Shown: positions 1 to 9,573 of the stretch, in pieces | How positions within the stretch are numbered: the first letter of the stretch is position 1 | Layout: every line of letters begins with the position of its first letter | Source of the DNA: Candidatus Nomurabacteria bacterium RIFCSPHIGHO2_01_FULL_36_23 | GTDB lineage: Bacteria; Patescibacteriota; Minisyncoccia; Phycocordibacterales; UBA9973 | NCBI GenBank assembly: GCA_001786745.1 | Contig: MFTF01000018.1 | Location: forward strand, 23,577-87,576 | Reading direction: 5' to 3' | DNA: 64,000 nt | Notes under the pieces: generated by a model | What the model saw: only the letters and a program-made list of their open reading frames with translations | Told to the model about the DNA's origin: nothing | Databases searched by the model: none | Program-made: the position numbers and the translations under genes

Positions 1-1
1 G

Positions 2-976
2 TTTAAAAAAGAACAAGATGGAGAAAAAATTTCTTTTCGCGTATCAACTTTGCCAACTTTTTTTGGAGAAAAAACTGTTATGAGAATTTTAAAAGAAAAT
101 GCGCGCGGGTTTTCACTGGAGACGCTCGGTTTTCATGGTGAGGGTCTTGAAAGAATTCATGATTCATTAAAACAAAAGACGGGCATGGTTTTAGCCACCG
201 GACCTACTGGAAGCGGAAAAACGACGACTCTTTACACCATGATTGAGATTTTGAACAAGCCCGAAGTAAATATTTCCACAGTGGAAGACCCGATTGAATA
301 TCAAATGCCCAGAGTGAATCAAACACAAGTGAAACCGGAGATAGGATTATCTTTTGCCAATGGACTTCGTTCACTTCTGCGTCAAGATCCGGATATAATA
401 ATGGTGGGGGAGATTCGTGACGGTGAAACAGCCGGACTGGCCGTGAACGCTTCGCTGACAGGCCATTTGGTTCTTTCCACTATTCATACTAATTCCGCGG
501 CCGGCGCGATACCCAGAATGATAGATATGGGCGTTGAGCCCTTTTTAATAACGGCTACAGTTAAAACAATTATTGCGCAAAGATTGATTCGCAAGCTTCT
601 TCCCAATAAAGAAAAATATTTTTTATCGGCGGTTGAAATAAAAAATCTATCTAAGGTCGTAGATTTAGATAGAATGCTTGTATTGTTAAGGGATGAAAAA
701 ATCATCGGCGCAAAAGATACATGGGATAAAATTCCTTTTTACAAAGCGGTAAAAACTAGCGAATTTGAAGATGGATATTCTAATCGTATTGGCATGCATG
801 AAGTATTGACAGTGACATCTACCATAAAAGAAATGATTATCAAAGGAAGTTCTCAAAATGATTTAGAAATACAAGCGAAAAAAGAGGGGATGATGACAAT
901 GCTTGAAGATGGGGTTTTTCAAGCAGTCTTGGGCGTGACTACTTTAGAAGAAGTATTTCGTGTTGTTTCAGAGTAA
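2..976 (+). CDS. pilB: PilB/GspE-family assembly ATPase (5' truncated by window edge)
   Basis: Frame open from nt 2 (FKKEQDGEKISFRVSTLP); Walker A GPTGSGKT, LRQDPDIIMVGEIRD, TGHLVLSTIHTN. Confidence 0.93.
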   Translation, partial: FKKEQDGEKISFRVSTLPTFFGEKTVMRILKENARGFSLETLGFHGEGLERIHDSLKQKTGMVLATGPTGSGKTTTLYTMIEILNKPEVNISTVEDPIEYQMPRVNQTQVKPEIGLSFANGLRSLLRQDPDIIMVGEIRDGETAGLAVNASLTGHLVLSTIHTNSAAGAIPRMIDMGVEPFLITATVKTIIAQRLIRKLLPNKEKYFLSAVEIKNLSKVVDLDRMLVLLRDEKIIGAKDTWDKIPFYKAVKTSEFEDGYSNRIGMHEVLTVTSTIKEMIIKGSSQNDLEIQAKKEGMMTMLEDGVFQAVLGVTTLEEVFRVVSE

Positions 977-983
977 AATAAAG

Positions 984-2201
984 ATGTTATTTTCATATAG
1001 GGCGAAATCAAATAATGGAGAAATTTTGGAAGGCACATTAAATGCTACAGATCGTTTTTCTCTTGCTCGTGAATTAAAATCTCGCGGGTATATTCCTTTA
1101 TCAGTTTCAGAAAAACGAGATAATTTTTTTAGTGAAATATCAAAAGTTACAAATATATTCTCAAAAGTAAGCATTGGAGAACAGATTATTTTAACAAAAA
1201 ATTTAAGCGGAATGCTCAAAGCCGGACTTTCTCTTTATCGGGCGCTGTCAGTTTTAGAAAAGCAGACAAGGAATTCAGCGCTTACTAAAATTTTAATGTC
1301 TCTGTCCAGTGATATAAATTCCGGAGAGACGCTTTCCTTCGGGCTGGCAAAATTCCCTGATGTTTTTTCCAAGCTTTTTGTGTCAATGACGCGCGCTGGC
1401 GAAGAATCAGGCAATCTCTCCGGCGCTCTCTTTGATATCGGTATGAATTTGGAAAAAGCGCATTCTTTAACAAAGAAAATACGCGGAGCGCTCATTTATC
1501 CCGGAGTAATTCTTTCCGCCATGGTTGTTATTGGCGTTTTAATGTTTGCTTTTGTGGTGCCAACTCTGGCCGGCACCTTTAAAGAGCTTGGCGTTGTTTT
1601 ACCCATATCCACTCGCATTATTGTTTGGCTTGGTAATTTTTTCTCAAACAATTTGACATTAACTTTTGTCAGTATTGTGACAGTGGCTTTTTGCATATAT
1701 TTCCTCTTTCGCGCTAGATTTATAGCAAAATATATAGATTTTATTATTTTAAGACTTCCCATCATTGGCAATATAGCAAAAGAATTAAATACTGCCCGCA
1801 CCGCTCGAACCATATCTTCCCTTTTACTTGCTGGGGTTTCTATTACTAGGGCGATTGAAATCACCGAAGATGTGGTGCAAAATATTTATTACAAACAAGT
1901 TTTAAATCAAGCGAAAACATCGGTGGAAAAGGGGACTCCATTTTTTCAAGTTTTTGGAGCTAATAACAATCTTTATCCCATAATGATGTCCGAAATGATT
2001 CAAGTTGGAGAAGAAACCGGAAAACTGTCAGATATGTTGCTTCAAATTGCTTTGTTTTATGAAGAAGAAATTGAAAATAAAACAAAAAATCTTTCGACGA
2101 TTATTGAACCAGTGCTAATGATAGTAATTGGAGCTGGGGTGGGATTTTTCGCCATATCAATGATTTCACCGCTTTATTCAGTTTTAGATAATATAAAATA
2201 A
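984..2201 (+). CDS. pilC: PilC/GspF inner-membrane platform protein
   Basis: Two GspF repeats (AGEESGNL, VGEETGKL), IIEPVLM; ATG at 984 preferred over 960. Confidence 0.93.
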   Translation: MLFSYRAKSNNGEILEGTLNATDRFSLARELKSRGYIPLSVSEKRDNFFSEISKVTNIFSKVSIGEQIILTKNLSGMLKAGLSLYRALSVLEKQTRNSALTKILMSLSSDINSGETLSFGLAKFPDVFSKLFVSMTRAGEESGNLSGALFDIGMNLEKAHSLTKKIRGALIYPGVILSAMVVIGVLMFAFVVPTLAGTFKELGVVLPISTRIIVWLGNFFSNNLTLTFVSIVTVAFCIYFLFRARFIAKYIDFIILRLPIIGNIAKELNTARTARTISSLLLAGVSITRAIEITEDVVQNIYYKQVLNQAKTSVEKGTPFFQVFGANNNLYPIMMSEMIQVGEETGKLSDMLLQIALFYEEEIENKTKNLSTIIEPVLMIVIGAGVGFFAISMISPLYSVLDNIK

Positions 2202-2656
2202 TGCTTAATTTTAAAAAGGGACTTACAATCTTGGAAGTGATAATTGTTTTATCAATTCTGGGGTTTTTGATTGCAATTGTTTTGCCTTCTTTTAAAACAA
2301 TGAGGGATAATCAGATTTTAAAGTCCGCTATTTCTAACGTATCTTCATCTCTTAATAAAGCCAAGTCACAAACGCTTGCCTCGGTAGATTCTTCAGAGTA
2401 CGGAGTGCATTTTGAGTTCGATAAAATAATAATTTTTAAAGGTCAAACCTTTTCGTCCTCTGATGCCAACAACGAAAATATACTTATTTCTCCTCCGGCA
2501 TTTATCTCCGCCATAAATCTGACGGATGGCGTGGCTGATCTTTACTTTAATAAATTGTCTGGAACACCAGATAGAACAGGAACAATTACTATATCCATAT
2601 CTTCTTTGTCAAAAATCATTACTATATCCGCTACCGGCGCAATTAGTGTAAATTAA
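2201..2656 (+). CDS. Minor pilin (FimT/GspH-like)
   Basis: Class III signal KKG|LTILE plus hydrophobic helix. Confidence 0.85.
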   Translation: MLNFKKGLTILEVIIVLSILGFLIAIVLPSFKTMRDNQILKSAISNVSSSLNKAKSQTLASVDSSEYGVHFEFDKIIIFKGQTFSSSDANNENILISPPAFISAINLTDGVADLYFNKLSGTPDRTGTITISISSLSKIITISATGAISVN

Positions 2657-2663
2657 AATATAA

Positions 2664-2703
2664 AAGGACGGTCCTTAAAAGAGTTTCCCCAAGGACAGTC
2701 CTT
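2664..2703. repeat. Paired palindrome AAGGAC(G/A)GTCCTT, intergenic copy
   Basis: aaggacggtcctt 2664-2676 and aaggacagtcctt 2691-2703; sibling inside recJ at 8682-8719. Confidence 0.8.
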
Positions 2704-2737
2704 AAATTAAAGAGAAAAAGTATGATAAAATTATTAT

Positions 2738-3220
2738 ATGAAAACTGTCGGTAGTTTAGAAAAATTAAGAGGTTTTATGATGGTTGAGATACTGATTGTT
2801 ATTTCTATTATTGTCGTTTCGGTTTTAGCGGCTTTGGCTGTTGCTCAAAAATCTATTTATTTATCTAGACAATCTCTGCATCAATCTCAGGCGGCTTTTC
2901 TTCTTGAGGAAGGGGCAGAAGCGGTTAGAATTGCGCGCGATAATGCTTGGGTTAATGTTTCCAGCTTGAATCTTTCCACAGATTATTATTTATCTTTCTC
3001 CGGCGGAACTTGGACTCTGTCCACTTCTCCTTCGGGGATTGATATTTTTACCAGAAAAATTATATTTTCTTCCGCTTATAGAGATGCAAATGAAGATCTT
3101 ATTTCTTCCGGCGCATTAGATAGCCAGACAAGACTTGCGACCATAGATGTGTCTTGGCTAGAAGGCGGGCAAACTTTTTCCAAAACTATTCAATTTTATT
3201 TAGCTGATATTTTTTCGTAA
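2738..3220 (+). CDS. Minor pilin (PilV-like)
   Basis: RG|FMMVE motif; QAAFLLEEGAEAVR. Confidence 0.85.
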   Translation: MKTVGSLEKLRGFMMVEILIVISIIVVSVLAALAVAQKSIYLSRQSLHQSQAAFLLEEGAEAVRIARDNAWVNVSSLNLSTDYYLSFSGGTWTLSTSPSGIDIFTRKIIFSSAYRDANEDLISSGALDSQTRLATIDVSWLEGGQTFSKTIQFYLADIFS

Positions 3221-3223
3221 TCT

Positions 3224-3724
3224 ATGGAAAATAAAATACGAAAAATCAAAGGAGGTTACACATTAGTTGAAATGCTTTTTTACATTGCCCTTTTTTCCGT
3301 GCTTGCTTTGGCAATTATTACCTCTCTTATTTCCATGACCAAAGCTTTTAGAGTAACCACGGCGCAAGCCGATTTAGTTCAAAGTTCTGCTGTCATGGAA
3401 CGGATATCGCGGGAAATCCGACAAGCATATGAGATAATTTCTATCAGCGCAAACGATTTGAAACTTAATGCTAAAGATGAATCAGATAACAACAAAACCG
3501 TAGAGTTTTTACTTTTTGGCTCTAATTTACAACTTATTGAAAATAATGTATTTACAGGAGATCTAAATTCTTCAAATATTCAAATAACCGCTCTATCTTT
3601 TACGGAAATTACAACACCAGCGGGAAAAGCAGTCAAAGCAAGTTTGTCAGTAAAAAGCGTGAGAGATGCAACAGGCCGAATTGAAAATTTTTATAATACA
3701 GTCGTATTGCGAGGCGACTATTGA
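3224..3724 (+). CDS. Minor pilin (PilW-like)
   Basis: GG|YTLVE motif; MERISREIRQA. Confidence 0.85.
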   Translation: MENKIRKIKGGYTLVEMLFYIALFSVLALAIITSLISMTKAFRVTTAQADLVQSSAVMERISREIRQAYEIISISANDLKLNAKDESDNNKTVEFLLFGSNLQLIENNVFTGDLNSSNIQITALSFTEITTPAGKAVKASLSVKSVRDATGRIENFYNTVVLRGDY

Positions 3725-3765
3725 TTAGCTATAAAGTTCATAAAGCAGAAAGTTATAAAATAAAA

Positions 3766-5043
3766 ATGAAAGAATTAAAGGAAATTAACCCTCGCCACGA
3801 CGGGGCAAGCAAAAATAAAGGTCAAGCAATGCTGATATCGGTAATATTTTTTCTCTTCATCTCGCTTGCCATAACTTCCGGACTTGTTTCACCTTCGGTG
3901 CGTGAATTCAAAATAGCCAATGATTTAATAAAATCTCGTCAGAGTTTTTTTCTTTCCGAGTCAGCGTTAGAAGATTCATATTTTCGTCTAAAAACTGGAA
4001 AAACCATAGGTTCAACGAACACTATTACCTTGGGGAGCAACTCAGCCACAGCCGTCATAACAGATTCAGGCTATAATGAAAAAACCATTTCTTCTTTGGG
4101 AGATGTCTCTTCCAGGCAAAGAAAAAATGAAATTATATTAACTACTGGCGATGGGGTTTCTTTTAATTACGGTATTCAGTCTGGATTAGGGGGTTTTGTG
4201 ATTGGTAATGCAATAGTCAACGGTAATGTTTATTCAAACGGCACCATTACTGGAAACAATGGCGCTACCGTTACGGGGTCTGCTATTTCTGCTGGTCCCT
4301 CTGGTTTTATTGATAACATAGACATTGGACAGAATGGTATAGGAGACGCAATAGCGCGTGGGGTTACTAATTCTACTATTGCCGGTAATCTTTTCTGTCA
4401 AACCGGAACAAATAATAACAAATCTTGCAATACATCACAAACCGACCCTCCCTCGGTTGGTTTTCCTATTTCACAAGATATGCTTGATCAATGGAAACTT
4501 GACGCTGAAGCAGGAGGTGTTATTGTTGGCAATTTAACCATCTCGGTTCCAACGAGCTTGGGTCCCAAAAAAATTACTGGTGATTTGGCTATCAATAGCG
4601 ACTTAACTATCACTGATACTATTTATGTGGTCGGAAATATTACCACGAACAACAATGCTCATATTTCCTTAAGTAGTTCGTATGGTTCTATGGGCGGTAT
4701 TATCGCGACTGACGGACGAGTAATCTTATCCAACAATGCTCAATTTTTTGGTTCCGGAACGGAGGGCAGTTATATTTTACTTGTAACCACGAGTGTTTGT
4801 CCCACAGGATGTTCTGGTCAAAATGCCATAGAAATTTTAAATAATGTCGGCGCCATACTTGTAAATGCTCAAAATGGGACAGTGCATCTTAATAATAATG
4901 TTGAATTAAATGAGGTAGTAGGATATAAAATTATTATAGATAACGGCGCAGAAATTAATTACACATCAGGGTTAGCAAATAATTATTTCACTTCTGGGCC
5001 CACTGGCGGATGGAGCATTAAAAGTTGGAAAGAGGTAGAATAA
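3766..5043 (+). CDS. PilX-like minor pilin with Gly/Asn-rich C-terminal beta-solenoid-like region
   Basis: KG|QAML cleavage-like site lacking E5, SFFLSESALED, terminal WKEVE; start moved to ATG 3766 because 3721-3765 is repeat sequence. Confidence 0.75.
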   Translation: MKELKEINPRHDGASKNKGQAMLISVIFFLFISLAITSGLVSPSVREFKIANDLIKSRQSFFLSESALEDSYFRLKTGKTIGSTNTITLGSNSATAVITDSGYNEKTISSLGDVSSRQRKNEIILTTGDGVSFNYGIQSGLGGFVIGNAIVNGNVYSNGTITGNNGATVTGSAISAGPSGFIDNIDIGQNGIGDAIARGVTNSTIAGNLFCQTGTNNNKSCNTSQTDPPSVGFPISQDMLDQWKLDAEAGGVIVGNLTISVPTSLGPKKITGDLAINSDLTITDTIYVVGNITTNNNAHISLSSSYGSMGGIIATDGRVILSNNAQFFGSGTEGSYILLVTTSVCPTGCSGQNAIEILNNVGAILVNAQNGTVHLNNNVELNEVVGYKIIIDNGAEINYTSGLANNYFTSGPTGGWSIKSWKEVE

Positions 5044-5062
5044 ATAATGATATAATAAAACG

Positions 5063-5833
5063 ATGACTAAAAAAATAATTATCGGCAACTGGAAAATGAA
5101 TCCGCAAACGGAAAAAGAAGCAGAAAAGTGGTTCACCAGTATATCTCAATCAGTTGGGAGAGTTAAGAATACAGAAGTTGTAATTTGCGCGCCATTTATT
5201 TACTTAGATAAATTAACAAAAATTATAACTAGTAAAGTAAAGCTCGGCGCGCAAGATGCTTTTTGGGATGATATCGGGCCTTATACTGGAGAAATTTCTC
5301 CCGAAATGCTTTACAATATCGGCGCAAGATATGTAATCTTAGGACATTCAGAAAGACGAGCAATGGGAGAGACGAATGAACTAGTTAATAAAAAAATAAA
5401 ATCCACGCTGGCTTCCGGTCTTGTGCCCATCGTCTGTATTGGGGAAAAAGAGCGAGACCCAAATCATGAATATTTTAAAAATTTAAAAACACAAGTGAAT
5501 GAATGCTTGAAAGGAGTTGCTAAAACTTCTATCTCAAAAATTATTATTGCTTATGAACCAATTTGGGCAATTTCTTCGACTCTTAATCGGCGCGATGCCA
5601 CTTCCGCCGATTCTCGAGAAATGGCAGTATTTATTCGAAAAATACTTTCTGACATCAGTTCACCTGAAATAGTTTCCAACACCCGTGTTATTTACGGTGG
5701 TTCAGCCAACGAGCGCGATGCCGAAGATTTTCTCCAAAATGGAGGAGTAGATGGTTTGCTTCCCGGTCGAGCAAGTTTAGATCCAAAGAAGTTTTCCGAA
5801 ATTATAAAAATATGCGAGGCATTAAGCAAATAA
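5063..5833 (+). CDS. tpiA: Triosephosphate isomerase
   Basis: GNWKMN, GHSERR, AYEPIWAI, YGGS. Confidence 0.97.
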   Translation: MTKKIIIGNWKMNPQTEKEAEKWFTSISQSVGRVKNTEVVICAPFIYLDKLTKIITSKVKLGAQDAFWDDIGPYTGEISPEMLYNIGARYVILGHSERRAMGETNELVNKKIKSTLASGLVPIVCIGEKERDPNHEYFKNLKTQVNECLKGVAKTSISKIIIAYEPIWAISSTLNRRDATSADSREMAVFIRKILSDISSPEIVSNTRVIYGGSANERDAEDFLQNGGVDGLLPGRASLDPKKFSEIIKICEALSK

Positions 5834-6927
5834 AAAACATAAGAGGCAGAAAAATCTTGATAAGAGTTGATTTTAATTTGCCGATCAAAAACGGGAAAGT
5901 AGAGGACGATTTTAGAATAAAAAAAGCATTACCCACAATAAATTTTTTGCAAAAAAAAGCAGCAAAGATAATTTTAATCACCCATTTGGGTAAGGGGGGT
6001 GATACATTAGCACCGGTTGCCGAAGTTTTAAATAAATTTATAAAAATTAAATTTGTTCCAGATATTATCGGCGAAAAAACGCAAAAAGCAGTCAGAAATA
6101 TGAAGAACGGCGAGATAATTTTACTTGAAAATTTAAGGAATAATGCGGGGGAGAAAGAATGCAGTAAAATTTTTGCTGTAAATTTAGCAAAATTAGGCGA
6201 TATTTATGTAAATGAAGCCTTCCCGGTCTCACACAGAGAAGATGCATCAATTATTCTTTTACCCAAGCTTTTGCCTTCTTATGCCGGATTGCAATTAGAA
6301 AAAGAAGTAAAAAATTTATCTCATGCCTTCAATAAACCCAAACACCCTTTTTTATTTATCTTGGGAGGGGCTAAATTTTCAACAAAAATACCTTTAATTA
6401 AAAAATACTTAAAACTAGCCGACCATGTTTTTATTGGTGGAGCTCTGGCTAATGATTTCTTAAAATCTAAAGGATATGAGGTTGGACAATCTTTAGTTAG
6501 TGATACAAATTATGGAATTTCAAAAATTATAAAAAATAAGAAATTAATTTTACCAGATTATGTTGTTGTAAAATCAGGGGATAAATTAATCAACAAAAAG
6601 GCAAATGAAGTTAAAAAAGATGAAATTATTTTAGATAATGGCAGTCAAGCAGTGGGAAAACTTGCCTCATTGATTAAAACAGCTAAATTGATTCTTTGGA
6701 ATGGACCTCTTGGCAAATATGAAGTTGGTGGCGCAAGATCTACCAAAGAAGTATTAAAATTGGTTGCTTTATCAAAAGCGGAAAGCATTATCGGTGGCGG
6801 GGATACCGTTACCATGATTTCTGAAATGAATATGGAACATAAATTTTCTTTCGTATCCACTGGCGGTGGCGCCATATTGGATTTCCTCGCGAATGGCACC
6901 TTACCGGGCATTACAGCGTTGAAATAA
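5812..6927 (+). CDS. pgk: Phosphoglycerate kinase
   Basis: RVDFNLP, LLENLR, GGAK, WNGPLG, VSTGGGA. Confidence 0.97.
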   Translation: MRGIKQIKNIRGRKILIRVDFNLPIKNGKVEDDFRIKKALPTINFLQKKAAKIILITHLGKGGDTLAPVAEVLNKFIKIKFVPDIIGEKTQKAVRNMKNGEIILLENLRNNAGEKECSKIFAVNLAKLGDIYVNEAFPVSHREDASIILLPKLLPSYAGLQLEKEVKNLSHAFNKPKHPFLFILGGAKFSTKIPLIKKYLKLADHVFIGGALANDFLKSKGYEVGQSLVSDTNYGISKIIKNKKLILPDYVVVKSGDKLINKKANEVKKDEIILDNGSQAVGKLASLIKTAKLILWNGPLGKYEVGGARSTKEVLKLVALSKAESIIGGGDTVTMISEMNMEHKFSFVSTGGGAILDFLANGTLPGITALK

Positions 6928-7303
6928 TTTTCTTTGCTATTTCACCTGATTGCCCTTCTTGATACTTTTTGCCCGGCCATTTAGGCAGACCATCGTTAAA
7001 ATAGCGCGGTATTAAATGTATGTGAAAATGCGGAACATCTGCGCCGGCTACGGAAACATTCACATAATCGCATCCAATTCCAGTTTTCGCCGAGCGCATT
7101 AATTTTTTAACTAGTTTAAAAATACCCAATATCATTTCTTCATCAGCCTCTTGCATCCAAACCACATGAGTTTTAGGAATGACCAAAATATGCCCTTCCG
7201 AGACGGGTTCTATGTCCAAGAAAGCTAAAAAATTTTTATCTTCATAAACTTTTTCGCAAGGAATTTCTCCTTTTATAATTTTGCAAAAAATACAATTTTC
7301 CAT
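6911..7303 (-). CDS. HIT family nucleotide hydrolase
   Basis: CIFCKI N-terminus and HFHIHLIPR triad. Confidence 0.95.
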   Translation of the reverse strand: MENCIFCKIIKGEIPCEKVYEDKNFLAFLDIEPVSEGHILVIPKTHVVWMQEADEEMILGIFKLVKKLMRSAKTGIGCDYVNVSVAGADVPHFHIHLIPRYFNDGLPKWPGKKYQEGQSGEIAKKIISTL

Positions 7304-7339
7304 AAGTATATTATAGCAAATTGTGTTAAAATTCGCTCT

Positions 7340-9073
7340 ATGGAAAAATATGGAGAATTATTGCGGAGTTTGCTCGCCAAAAGAGGAATTACTGATCCGG
7401 CGCAAGCTGAGATTTTTTTAAACCCGAATTATGAGCGTGATTTGCATGACCCCTTTTTAATGAAAGATATGGAGCGAGCTTGCGTTCGGCTTTTTGAGGC
7501 AATTGAAAATGAAGAAAAGATTATTATTTACGCGGACTATGATTGCGATGGAATTCCCGGAGCAGTTATAATTCAGGACTTATTTTCTGCCATAGGCGGA
7601 TCCGCCTTGGACGGAAAAAAAATAAATTATGAAGTCTATATGCCCCAAAGAAATTCGGAAGGATATGGGCTGAACCTTGATGCCGTTAAAAGTTTTGCCG
7701 AATCGGGAGTAAAACTTTTAATAACCATTGATCTTGGCATTACGGCTGTAGCTGAAGTAGCGCAAGCAGAGGCGGATGGTATTGATGTGATAATCACAGA
7801 TCATCACTTGCCTCGCCGAAGCGAAAGCGAAGGCGGGTTTGCCCCCCATGATCTTCCGCGCGCTTATGCAATCTTAAATCCAAAAGTAGATAACTATCCG
7901 GAGAAAATGCTATGCGGAGCCGGAGTGGTTTTTAAATTAGTACAGGGATTTGTCAAGAAATACAGTGAGTATTTTAATATAAAAAATGGTTCTGAAAAAT
8001 GGATGCTAGACATGGCGGGGCTTGCCACGTTTTCTGACATGGTTCCACTTTTAGGTGAAAATCGCGTCATTGCCTATTTTGGGATGAAGGTTTTAAGAAA
8101 ATCTCCTCGTCCGGGATTGCAAAAACTTCTGGCAAAAATGAACATTGATCAGAAATATTTAACCGAAGATGATATCGGTTTTATGATAGTCCCGCGATTG
8201 AATGCCGCTTCTCGAATGGATGATCCGATGCGCGCCTTTGAACTTCTTTCTACGCAGTCCGAGACAGAAGCCGGCGCACTCACAGAGCATTTATCAAAAA
8301 TAAATGATGAAAGGAAAAACGCTGTTATGGGAATTATGCGCGAAGTACACAAGACATTTGAAAAATTTGAAACGCGCGAAACAAGAGAAGTGATAGTCGT
8401 AGGCAATCCAAGATGGCGAGTGGGTGTTTTGGGTTTAGTGGCAGGAAAAATTTTAGACGAATACAAAAAACCTGTTTTTGTTTGGGGTAAAGATGAAAAT
8501 GATTGTATTAAAGGATCTTGTCGAAGTAATGGGTCGGTATCTGTGGTTGAACTTATGACAGAAACTAATGAATCTTTTATAGATTTTGGTGGTCATGAGC
8601 TGGCGGGCGGGTTTACAGTGCATCATGATAAAATTCACTTTTTAGAAGAAGCTCTATCGATGACTTTCGTTGAAATACAAAAAGGACAGTCCTTAAAGAA
8701 TTCCCCAGGGATTGTCCTTGGGAAGGAAGCCGACATTGCGGGCGATTTAAGTTTGGTAAACATGAAAAATTGGCGTGAAATAGAAAAACTTGCTCCTCTG
8801 GGTTTAGGAAATCCAAAACCTGTTTTTTTATTTAAAAATGTAAAAATAGAAAAAATTAAAAAGTTCGGCAAAAACGGCTCGGGAGAACATCTAGAAATTA
8901 TTTTTTCTGATGCAAACAATAAAAAAGTCAAGGCAATTTCTTTTTTTTCCAACCACAATTCTTTTAAAATACCTTTAATGGAGAAAAAAATAGTTAATCT
9001 TTTAGCCACTTTTGATTTGTCTCGTTTTCAAGGCAAAGAAGAGTTAAGATTAAGAATAGTTGATATCAAATGA
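7340..9073 (+). CDS. recJ: ssDNA exonuclease RecJ
   Basis: DYDCDG, TDHH, PRLNAASR, GGHELAGG; carries three palindromic inserts. Confidence 0.95.
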   Translation: MEKYGELLRSLLAKRGITDPAQAEIFLNPNYERDLHDPFLMKDMERACVRLFEAIENEEKIIIYADYDCDGIPGAVIIQDLFSAIGGSALDGKKINYEVYMPQRNSEGYGLNLDAVKSFAESGVKLLITIDLGITAVAEVAQAEADGIDVIITDHHLPRRSESEGGFAPHDLPRAYAILNPKVDNYPEKMLCGAGVVFKLVQGFVKKYSEYFNIKNGSEKWMLDMAGLATFSDMVPLLGENRVIAYFGMKVLRKSPRPGLQKLLAKMNIDQKYLTEDDIGFMIVPRLNAASRMDDPMRAFELLSTQSETEAGALTEHLSKINDERKNAVMGIMREVHKTFEKFETRETREVIVVGNPRWRVGVLGLVAGKILDEYKKPVFVWGKDENDCIKGSCRSNGSVSVVELMTETNESFIDFGGHELAGGFTVHHDKIHFLEEALSMTFVEIQKGQSLKNSPGIVLGKEADIAGDLSLVNMKNWREIEKLAPLGLGNPKPVFLFKNVKIEKIKKFGKNGSGEHLEIIFSDANNKKVKAISFFSNHNSFKIPLMEKKIVNLLATFDLSRFQGKEELRLRIVDIK

Positions 9074-9573
9074 ATAAAGATAAAATCATAATCTATACAG
9101 ACGGGGCGGCGAAAGGGAATCCAGGGAAAGCCGGTTGGGCCGCCGTCATTTTGTTCTCACAAAATTATGGTGGTCCAGGGCACGCGCATGAAATAGGGGA
9201 CAGGGTAGAACATGCGACAAATAATCAAATGGAACTTACGGCGCCGATAGAAGCACTGAAGTATTTAAGGAAGTACAAAGATACACAGGCAACGCCTGTG
9301 TATGATATAGAAATTGTCTCTGATTCTAAATATGTCATTTTAGGAATTACTGAGTGGATTTTTAATTGGCAGAAAAATAATTGGCGCAATGCCGCCAAAA
9401 AACCGGTTTTAAATCATGAACTTTGGGAAGAATTGTGTAAATTAAATATAGAATTAAAGCCCAAATGGACTTATGTAAAAGGGCACAACGGAGATAAATA
9501 CAACGATCGCGCCGATCTTATTGCCACAAGTTTTGCCGAAGGTTTTCCAGTAAAATTAAAAGATGCGAGATAA
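9070..9573 (+). CDS. rnhA: Ribonuclease HI
   Basis: YTDGA, TNNQMEL, DSKYV, VKGH, NDRAD. Confidence 0.96.
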   Translation: MNKDKIIIYTDGAAKGNPGKAGWAAVILFSQNYGGPGHAHEIGDRVEHATNNQMELTAPIEALKYLRKYKDTQATPVYDIEIVSDSKYVILGITEWIFNWQKNNWRNAAKKPVLNHELWEELCKLNIELKPKWTYVKGHNGDKYNDRADLIATSFAEGFPVKLKDAR

